Origin: Intoshia linei | Lineage: Eukaryota > Animalia > Orthonectida | Reading direction: 5' to 3' | DNA: 34,998 bases | Assembly (NCBI GenBank): GCA_001642005.1 | Contig: LWCA01000273.1 | Span: 1-34,998, forward strand | Part shown: positions 12,509 through 22,841 of the stretch, one piece after another | Numbering within the stretch: the first letter of the stretch is position 1 | Layout of the letters: each line of letters starts with the position of its first letter | Notes under the pieces: generated by a model | Seen by the model: the letters and a program-made list of their open reading frames with translations, nothing else | What the model was told of the DNA's origin: nothing | Database searches by the model: none | Program-made: the position numbers and the translations under genes

Positions 12509-12910
12509 TCACTCAATTTTGTGAAAATATTAAATGTATACATTTTTGTCCATGTCACTAATTTCATGTCTACACGAGATGGTGAAACTTAAATAAATTA
12601 TTGTTTTTTGGGTCTAAAAAATTAAATCGCTACTGGTAGCATCAAATTAAAGCTCTACTAAATATTTTTTCTAAATTTTGAAAATGAATTGTTAAATCCA
12701 CGGTCATGGAGAAGTGGTTAAGACAATATGACATGGCGTATCAAATGTGAAATTTTTTTATGGGCTCGAGATGGCACGTTCGGCTGTTCAAAGGGATAAT
12801 TTATAAAATAATATTCAACGATTCATACAATTTTTAAAGATAACTTTAGATATTGATAATTTCCATAGATATAGATAAATTGAACAATTTGACTTTGAAC
12901 TTACATAAAA

Positions 12911-15463
12911 ATGACCGAACCAGACAAAAACTTTTATGAAACAATCAATAAAATAATGGAAAGCAAACAAAAAGTATCTGAAAATACTCTATATATTCCT
13001 ACTTTGATGAATACCCCTAAGGATGCAATGGAGAAACGAATAATAAGTGTATCAGAAAGTTGTACATTCAAAGCGTGTCTCAGTGGAGTTGGAGGTAAAC
13101 TTGTGTCATTTTATTATATACAATCCAAAAAAACGCCATTCATTATGGTTTTAGAATTCCTAGCTTTTCCGAGGGCACATTTTTATTATACCAAAAAAAT
13201 AAATTCACTTTGAAAATGTAACTTAAAAATATTACTATTCACTATTATCAGTCCTTTAAAGCAGTGGTTCCCAAACTTGTTTGAGGTGGACCGTCATATC
13301 ACATTACCTTTTACTTTAAAGTGAATTATTGCATCTTAATTTTGTTTTGTTAACATTTGCGTAAAGAATTTATCCCAATTTTTTTAATTTATTAGACAAT
13401 GTGTGTATATTAAATTTTATGAAAATTTCATATGGCATCCACATGTGCAAATTTTTGTTGAATTTAAGGGCCCTATTGTCTTGAAAAACGCAATTGTGAT
13501 ATCATCTTTCGTCACATCATGTACAATATACATTTCCATAATTAAATTTATTTAAATTGTATATATTTTTTAGTCAGTTAAAATGCGGTCAAAAATGATT
13601 GATAAAAGATCTATTATTAATTACAATTACTTACAAAAGTCCCAATAGAGATATAAATTCATCGAAACCTTCATCTATTCGTTTTAATTAATTCTGAAAT
13701 AGTAATTGGTTATATAGATCGTTTCCTTTTTCTCATTTACTTATTTTTATTTGGGCTAACGTTGATTTGTCATTTATTGATTCAGTCAACCTTTCATAAC
13801 ACCTTTTGCCATCACTCATATATAATCATCATGAATCATGATATTGTATTCATTGTCATTTGAACAATTTTTAATATATTAATTAGGGTTAGTTATTGGT
13901 GCTGCAATGGGAATATTTACAGCTGGAATAGATCCAAATATCACTGGAACAGAAACACCCACCATCAAGTTGGTATGGAAAGAAATGAAACACAGGACAT
14001 TTTCATATTCCAAAAATTTTGCAATTGTAGGTTTAATGTATTCTGCTACAGAATGTATGGTTGAAACAGTAAGATATATACAATGTATATTATACATAAT
14101 TAAGATATTATTAATTTAAATTTCATGTAATTTCAAACTCAAATCATTAACTGATGGTTACTTTACAAAAAATTTCGTAAGATTCATTTCACTTATCAAA
14201 TTTTCATATAAATTAAAGCCACCAGAATAAAAACGTACTAAAAATTTATTGAATATTGTATAATTAGTTATTAATTACATTATAATGTATTATGTTTTGA
14301 TTTTAATTTTCGGACAGATAATTATTTAACATTTTTTGTTATAATAATTATTTCGGAAAAAAATATATGAATACTAAAATGCTTTTTTGACCGTGAAGTC
14401 GTCACTTATTCGGATTGAAATTTTTTGTGTGTGTTAACAGGCCACAACTGTACCATCTGTAATTTTTTTAAATTCTAGGGCTGTTTTCATAAAAAAAAGG
14501 GTAATTTAGGGTTTTAGCCCTGAAGCCATAATTTTTTTAAATTTTCCAACTCGTTTGATTTTCAAAAAGAGGAACAATTGGTGTTTTTGACCTGTAAGAT
14601 GTTAGTTTGGGAGGTTGAAATTTATCTTATTATACGTCTCGGAAAAAACTGTAATTGAAATGTGGACTTTATAAAATTCTAAGACGGGTAGTTATTTAAA
14701 TAAAGCGTAACACAAACAAATTTTGCAAATTTATATAAGGATTAAGTTTAAATTAAAACATAAATTCTAGGCTTGTGGTGAATCACCACTGGTGATAGTA
14801 CATAAAATTTCACTGAACACTGAAAGGATTAAATTGATAGTACATTTTTCTATGTTTTGGATAAACATCGAAATTTCCTAGAGGCTTTATATAAACTTGG
14901 AAAATTTTTTTTTTCGTTTCTAACAATACGAACTTTGTTGGTTTCTGATTTGATTTGGTCAAAATATTCATTATTTTTATTATAGTATCGTGGTAAAAGT
15001 GACATGTCAAACAGTATGATATCGGGTGGAATCGTCGGTTCTGTTATTGGTGCTAGAGGTAAAAGTTATTTTAATTTATAGCTGGTTCTTAATCTATTTT
15101 CTCTGTGTATTTTATTTTTTATTGTCTATATTTATAAAAATTTTAATTAAATTCAAATAGCCATAAAATAGACATAAAAATGATGAATCAGTTTCGTCCT
15201 ATAGGGAATGTCTATTTTATTTAAAATTCAGATAGAAACTGTTTCCGTCTAAAATTAAGTTATAGAATAAGTATAATGGTAACTGTGACACCTTACAGTG
15301 ACCATCTGTGTAAAAGGTTGAAGGACTATTGCTCTATTATATCTTATACATATTTAATATTTTAGCTGGTCTCAAATCTGCAGGATTAGGTGGTCTTGGC
15401 TTTGCACTTTTTAGTACAGCTATAGATTATTATATGCGATACCGCCCCATGTCAAAAAAATGA
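12911..15463 (+). CDS. TIMM22: Mitochondrial import inner membrane translocase Tim22 (4 exons)
   Basis: ESCTFKACLSGVGGLVIGAAMGIF, SYSKNFAIVGLMYSATECMVETYRGKSD, GARAGLKSAGLGGLGFALFSTAIDYYMR. Confidence 0.95.
13262..13300. mobile_element. Orphan hAT MITE terminus in TIMM22 intron 1
   Basis: CTTTAAAG|CAGTGGTTCCCAAACTT matches the other hAT TIRs and the nnnTAnnn target. No partner TIR found. Confidence 0.45.
14310..14741 (-). mobile_element. 3'-truncated Helitron family copy in TIMM22 intron 2
   Basis: High identity to 17170-17671. 5' end A|TCCTTATATAA at 14741. Hairpin/CTAG end absent. Confidence 0.85.
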
Positions 15464-15803
15464 ACTTTATTTATATTTCAATACCTCTTAACAAATTGTG
15501 TATATACCATGTAAATTTTTTCACAGAGAAAAACCTCTTACCTCTATTTTATTTTTTTCAATGTACAAATTAAATTTTTAATATAATGTAATGATTTACA
15601 ATTGTATCATATACAACTTACAATCGTACTTTACTATAAAAAATATACATCATAATCCTCTGACTTAGATCCATATATAGAGAAAAATACAATAATTCCA
15701 TGTTCATTTTAAATAAAAAACCCCGCTAAAAAAATTTCTTAAATTCGCAACTTAGGGATGACTAACGATTAACAAAAAAGAAAGATTTTATTGAATAAAC
15801 AAA

Positions 15804-18800
15804 TTACGACATGTGATCGACCACCCGATAATTCCCGCGACTTTTACATTTTTTAATTGCAAACAACAAGATCATAAATGCGACACACGAACCAACAATA
15901 CCACCAATAACAGACTTCAACCTATTGTGTTCTATTATTTTATGATGTGTTATTATTGTTTTTATATGACGTCGTAAATTATGTTTAATAAATCTACACG
16001 ACGTATTCACAGAACTTCTACTAACCATAATATTAGTAAAACAATAATTATCATAATATTTTTGAGAATATAATCTTTCATATGCATCTGGATCAATAGT
16101 TTGCATTATTCCATTAAAACATACATTAAGTTTAGTAGTGTGCCTATCGTTAACACACAATTTTGTCCCAAAATCTTGATGATACCCAAAATTACACTGG
16201 TAATCAGTTTGCGCACATTGAAATTTGAAACTTCGCCTAGTCCTAATATCATTTTCATTAACTGTGCAAATGTTGCTATATGGATCATTTCCAGTATAAA
16301 CTAACAATTTATTTTCAGCAATAAAAGTATTACTTGACGTACATTTAGGGACTTGGATATCAAATTTAAAAATATAAATATTGGAACGATCGATCAATTT
16401 CAACATTAATTTTTCATTATTTGGATTACCGATATTGTGATACATTCCAACTAAGTAACGATCAATTTTTTTTATTTCTAGTTTGTGCCAAGTTCTGAAA
16501 GCATCAAATGTAAGTAAAACTTCATTTCCGTTTGTTCCTGAATATATTGGATAGTTGTGTGAGGATATATATGTGGAAAATATTTTGTGTATATATTGTA
16601 ATTCTTTCTTGGTCCATAATTTTAAACCGTAATTAAAGAGCATGTAATTTACTTCGTCAATATTTGCTTTCATTACAATTACATCCAAATTTTCGTAATT
16701 TTCAATGCTTTTAATGTTAATCTTATACTGTAAAAACATTTTTTCAAATCCATCGGCATTATCATACGATATATATGCAGTCTTATTAACATGAGCTATA
16801 ACGATAGTATAATCACGAGACGTTAAGGAATGTAATTTGTAGGGTATTTTACTTTCAGGAATGGTAGTTACACGTTTAAATTTTTCGTATGTAGAATCAC
16901 ATATAAAGACACTATAAATATATCTTTTTACCTTATTAAATATTTCACCAAAGTTTCCCGGCTGCTCTTTTTCCTAAATTGAATAGTTTACAATAAATTA
17001 ATATTATTTGCATGACTAGGTACATGTTTTATATATTACTAGATTGACTATTATGTACTACGTACAAACAGCACTTAGCTCTGCCGCCACATTTTTTTCT
17101 ACCAAAAAAATTTTGTATTTATATCAACTGGAATAAGCTCTATCAGAATGTTCTTCTTTTTTTTAATTTTCGCACCGTTAATTATTTCACATTTTTTGTT
17201 TTAATAAAATATTTCGAAAAAAAACATGAATACTAAAATGTTTTTTTGACCGTGAAGTTGTCACTTATTAGGATTGAAATTTTCTGTGTGTGTTAACAGG
17301 ATACAACTGTACAACCTGTAAATTCAAATTCTAGGGCTGTTTTCATTAAAAAAAGAAGGGTACTTTGTGGTTTTAGCCCTGAAGATATAATTTTTTTAAA
17401 TTTAAATTTATGGTAATATTTATGATTTTAAAATCCGCATCAGAGTCTATATTTTTTTAAATTTTCTAACTCGTTTGATTTTCAAAAAATGGATAATTGG
17501 ACTGTTTGACTCGTAAGATGTAAGTTTGGGAGGTTGAAATTTATTTTACTAACACCCCGGAAAAAACTGTAATTTAAATGTGGTATTTATAAAATTCTAA
17601 GACTGGTAGTTATTGAAATATTTGGTAACACACACAAACAAATATTGCTTAGCATATTATATAAGTAGGGATGTATGAGCGAATTTAGATACGAGTTACG
17701 TTACATAACTTACGTAATAGTTATTATAATCATAAAATTAATAGTTATCATCATATTATGGCATATCAGCCATAAAAAGGTTAAAACGTTTTGACTTTTT
17801 GATAATTTTGGCCCTAATCCACACATGAATTTCAATAATAACATTTGGGATATTAACCGATTTCATTTCTTTGGGTGATAAATGCATAAAATCACAAAAG
17901 GCATCCACATGTGTTGTAATAGTGAAATTACTTCACTTTAATATTAAACTAATTTACATCAATACTTGTTTTTATCTTATTTTTATATATCATGTTAGAT
18001 TCGGGATTTAGATCTACAAGATTCTTTGAACTTCAGATCTAATACCTAATATTATCATATTACCATTAAAACATGCAAAATGGGTTTTCTAATGAAAAAA
18101 ACATAAAAAGTGGACACCCTAGTGTTCATGTATAAAAATATTTACTATGGGAAAATATGGCAATCAAATGTAATTTATAATTGTGTTCTTGTACAAAATG
18201 TTTACTTTACCTTATATAAGTAAGGATTACATTAGACTTCACAACAAAAATACGCTATACTCCCTGATGTGGTTTTTGTAAAATACAAAATATTACCTTA
18301 AGAATTAAAATCAACCGCTTTCTCAATCTTCTAATGTTAACAAAACTGAAATTTGGAGTATTGAGTAAATTTTTTTTGGCATAATTTGGAAATGTCGCTT
18401 CGACATGCTTCCTTTTTGAGTTTATAGTAAAAATAGAGTTGCTCTCGTTTTGATACAAAATTATTTTTTCATGGATACAAACATTTAAATCCGATCTAAA
18501 TACTTTCCGTGTTTTATGTGTTATCAAATCAAATTCGTTGAAACTATCTTCCATTGTATAAAAAAGTTTTTTACCAATAAAAAGGGCCTTTTTAATTCCA
18601 TAATCAACTGTGAATTCTTCTATTTTCCCGTCGCGTAATATGTACATTCTTTTATCCAAATATTTATAAATAATTATACTCTTTTCTCCTATTCTCACGT
18701 CTAAATCATGTATGTCAATTGATTTATATTTTAAAACTAGTACATTGTGTGGCATGTCTATATTTAATTCAACACTAACCATAATTGTTTGAATTTTAAC

Positions 18801-19091
18801 AAATTTCAATTTCACAATATACAACTTGCCTCTTTTACAAATCTCTTTTAAGAATTGTGTGTAATCATATTGTTTGTAAATTTTAAATTTAAATTTATGT
18901 ACTTTATATATAATCAATTTCTTTAAAACTTGGTTGTTGACTACATATATTCCACTCAAGAAACAAATGGAATTATGTAAGTCATGTTTTGAAACTTCCT
19001 CGTTGGTGGGCTTCAGTGTTTTGCTACTATTCGTATATATAACAAATAAAAACAAGAACAAAGAGTGTGTGCATAAATATAATTTTGTCAA
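15804..19091 (-). CDS. Highly diverged sortilin-like Vps10p-domain receptor (654 aa; exons 19091-18297 and 16973-15804)
   Basis: Phase-0 intron 18296-16974 joins the 278-aa and 311-aa track ORFs. Signal peptide; Asp-box-like repeats (YISYDNADGF, LTFDAFRTW); 10CC-like module CAQTDYQCNFGY...C...C.NG...AYERL...C; one TM helix; tail with YRVV. Confidence 0.75.
17039..17671 (-). mobile_element. Full-length non-autonomous Helitron (633 bp) in the sortilin-like intron
   Basis: Minus strand reads A|TCCCTACTTAT ... hairpin ... AATCTAG|T: canonical 5'-TC and 3'-CTAG inserted at an AT, no TSD. Confidence 0.9.
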
Positions 19092-19325
19092 AATTATAAT
19101 AAGGTCAATGTTTACAAATATTGATGTACATAACTCTATTTGTGTTGACTTGTTATTATGACTTGTGTTGTAACAAAAATTGATTTATTTTTTAGAAATA
19201 TTAAATCTTGATTATAGAACAAATCGCTTAAAAGTATTGATATAGATATCAGTACATACATTGTCGGTATAAATATTTTTAACCCTTTGAGGAATATTCG
19301 CTATTTTGAATTATTATAATTATTA

Positions 19326-20236
19326 CACTAGGGCACAAAATAAACCGAAAAAAATATAGCATACTAATAATCCTACTAATGTAAAGAGTATAAAACACAA
19401 ATTCATATATCGAAAATATTATTTTGATATCAGATCAGGTTTCAAATATACACCCATTTAAATAATTTTTCTTGTAATTATAACTATTCTGTCAAATTAT
19501 AGTAGAATCTATTTAACTATTATGGTAAATAAATATTTATTATTAGTGATATTTTGTTATCATTGATATCGTAATCATAGATAACTTATAATTTATAAAC
19601 AACATGTGTAATTACGAAAACGCATCAAAGTATTGTTACATCTGCGTGATTTACGTTGTCAAATCGAAGATAATGTATGATATGAACTATTCAATTATCA
19701 TTGCATACGAACGTACTTTTGGCATGTCGGCAAAAAACGTAAAAAATATTTGGACCCCATCACATATTTGCAATGTATGCTATATGTACTTTAAATCTTG
19801 TGCGATGGGATATCTTCTATGTCCAAAAATCCATTATTTATAATGCCACCTAAATATGTTTCCCGACAATGTAGACCTGGCCCAACGAACATGGAGAGAG
19901 GTTCCACCAACACTCCTCCTATATGAAAATAGATACCGATCTAAATACATAAAAAATATGATTGGATACTATCTATGGAATGCGAAACAATGATAAATAT
20001 AATTTTATTTTGTTAATTAAATTTTATATTAATCTATGTATATTTTCAAACTTCGATCTCAACTATTAAAAATGAACTGTTAAATAAACAAAAAAATTCT
20101 CCATATGTTCCATTTTATAATGATCTGCTATATTTTTTAATAATTAATTGTACTAATTTAATGTAAATTATATTTTTACAAAATGTATTTCTTGTCGTAA
20201 ATTTTATTGTAAAAGCTTCTTAAATTGTAGCCAGTG
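19326..20236 (+). mobile_element. Chapaev3-like (CMC) DNA transposon deletion derivative
   Basis: ORF 19604 has C...CYIC...AY...FG......W.P.H.C..C, fused to KIHYL*CHLNMFPDN and, after frameshifts, EHGERFHQ and ENRY......MIGYYLW. Left end TTA|CACTAGGGCACAAAA. Right end uncertain (20163 or 20236). Superfamily call from memory. Confidence 0.6.
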
Positions 20237-20676
20237 TACAATAACATAGAGTGACATTAAAAAAATGTGGAATTATTCTGTTTATTAACTCTTAAATGTA
20301 ATTTTAAAAATTAAAAAATGTAAAATATTCATGGTTACTTAGTTATTTATAAATTTTAATTAATAATAATGATTTATTGAAGTAAGCAATTTGCTTGTAT
20401 ACCATATATATTGCTTTAAGTAATAGTTTTTTTAAAATTAACTTTTGTGGTTTGCTTTTTGAAAGCTGTTAAGGATTTGAGTGATGTAATTGATTTGGGT
20501 AGTTGGTTCTAGTGGTTCGTTATTTGGTTGTAGAAGGAATTTTTGTGGAGGTTTGTCGCAAATCGTTTTTTAAATATTTTTAATCTGCATCTTCAACATC
20601 ATATCATCTTCTACTATTGCATCTTTTTATATATATTGTATTATGAAAGTATTATTAGCGAATAAGATAATAACAT

Positions 20677-22709
20677 TTAATGTGATCCTTGCGCTTCATG
20701 GTCGTTAACCAATCTTTTTATATCGGGTTCAATTTTTGACAAATAATAATAAATAAATAACTAAACAAATAAACGAATATCTCCTCTTTTAATAATATCC
20801 ATATTAATCCTTTTCTTTGACATTATGCGATTTACGGCATTAAAACCTTTTTCAACTAAATATGAAGATATAATCATTAAGTTCAGAATTTATTTCCATA
20901 TATTTGATAAATTTGAGATATTCTAATATTTTGCCACATTTGTATATAATTACCTATTTTATAGTCATTTTAACACTTTTCATCATGTTGAATTTCTAAC
21001 AATTTTTCTTGACATGCAATATCAGCATCTCTGATATTAATAGAAAATGGATCGGTCATCCAATCATTTATTTTTAGATCTAATATGTCAATGAATCTAC
21101 CTTCTATGTCTTTTTTGAGATTATTGATGTGATAAAAAAATCTTCATATCAGTGATTTATTTCGTTTTTTATAGAAAGCAATCTAGGAAATTGGTATAAT
21201 TCCTTTTTTGCTAAATTATAACTAAATATTTCTAATTTTTTAATAAACACTGAGATAATTTTGTTGCAGTATATCAGTGTGAAATTGTTTCCTTGTAATT
21301 GTAAATTACATTCATTGCATTTTATAAAAATATCTGCCAAATAAAATACATCGCTTTTGATAATATTTACTTTCTAACTACTATCTTACTAATCTTCTTT
21401 CTCCAAAAACTCAGAAATCGTCTCATACAACTCGACCAACCGATCTAAACATGCAGCCTTTGAAAGCCAACGTACTTCTGTATGTAACAAAAGCATAATG
21501 AAAATATCGTCATTATTAATGCATAATTGACGAAACATTCTGTCATTATTAGAATTAGTTTTATTTATAATGCTAATTATAATTTTTAAAGAACCATGCA
21601 ATCTGGCCTGTAAATGTTTTGCAGCAAGATGGTGCCTAAGAATGACACAATGTACTCATAAAAATTTTTTAATTTTTTCTTTCAAATATGCAACAAAACC
21701 ACAATATCGTTCAACCATTGATGGGGCACCATCAGTAGCACAAGCTACAATATTTTGCATAAGAATAGCTTTATCATTGAAATAAGATTTTACTTTCTTA
21801 AATATTGAAATACCCTTTTTATAGTAAATAAGTTTTCGTACACATTTCTTTATATGAATTATCTTTACTTAGATATCGCACATATACCATTAGGATTGAA
21901 TTATTATCGAATATAGAAGATTCATCCAACTGTATAGAAAATTTAGTTGATCTTAGAATATTTATTAATTGAACTTCAATATCATTTACCATTTCATCGA
22001 TACGTCGACACACGGTATTGTTACTAAGTCGTAACGACTTTAAAGAGAAACTGGCATCTTGCTGCATAAAAGTAGTTATAAATTCTTCAATACAAGGTAG
22101 TATCAATTTTTCACCAACAGTATAATCTTTGCCAGCTTTTGTAATGAGATAGGACATGCGATAAGATGCCATTAATCCATTTTTATTTTTTATATGCTGG
22201 TTTTTAAATAATGTAGATACAGTGTATCTAATATAATAATAATGTAATAATATAATAACACTGTATCTGATACAGTATGACGGTTCTGAAATTTTTGATA
22301 GACGTCTTCAAAAAAAGTAGCTGGCTTATTCACATTATTTGAATGTTGTGATTTAAGGTGATACAATAGGCGAGATGGTTTCATAGCTTCGTTTAACAAT
22401 GCCTTAACACAACAAACATAACGGTAATTGTTTCGAAACACTAGATTCGATAAAACCAAATTTTAAATAATCAGTAAAATATCCACGAACATATTTTTTA
22501 GAAGCAGGCATAACTAAATTTTATTAAAATATAAAAGGCAACATACTTACTACACAGATAATTGGTGTTAGATAACTTATATTGTCAAACTCTTAATAAA
22601 TTAATTATCGTTCAATTTAATTTAATTTTTTTTATACATTTTCGCGTCGCCCAGTAAAAAAGTCAAATCGCTCACTAGTGGGCGATATCATCCAGTTTGA
22701 GAAACACTG
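20677..22709 (-). mobile_element. Decayed Buster-type hAT transposon (ZBED5/SCAND3/FAM200-like transposase pseudogene, 22511-20677)
   Basis: MPASKKYVRGY..DYLKFGF...PLCLLC / MKPSRL..HL...H BED finger, FSIQLDES, ATDGAPSM, TEVRWLS, SSYLVEKGF, RGDIRL, AQGSH*. Many stops and frameshifts. One TIR (CAGTGTTTCTCAAAC on minus) ends at 22709. Confidence 0.93.
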
Positions 22710-22841
22710 ATTTATAGATAGATTATATTATTTTTCTACTCGTTTTATCATTTCAAAAGTGCTCTTTTTAGTCTACTCTAGAGTCTAGACATGAGAATTA
22801 AAATAAAAATTTTATAAATATAGTTTTAATTCAATTAAATA

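Noticed and set aside
13435-17915. Shared 14-mer GGCATCCACATGTG near 13435 and 17900
   Set aside because: Similarity does not extend; possibly unrelated transposon debris.
6640-18125. Isolated TGTCCACCCTA (~6655) and TGGACACCCTA (~18111) hAT-like termini
   Set aside because: No partner TIR or TSD identified.
1501-19091. Functional cluster of trafficking genes (syntaxin, Sec3, sortilin-like)
   Set aside because: They act in different routes and are interleaved with unrelated genes; no evidence beyond adjacency.
19279-19290. TTAA|CCCTTT piggyBac-like end
   Set aside because: No partner end found; too short to support.
20440-20630. Coding-looking minus-strand stretch as a possible neuroligin cytoplasmic-tail exon beyond the hAT
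   Set aside because: Stops in all frames, and the TM exon already ends in TAG; splicing at TA|GT to the nearby acceptors also yields TAA.
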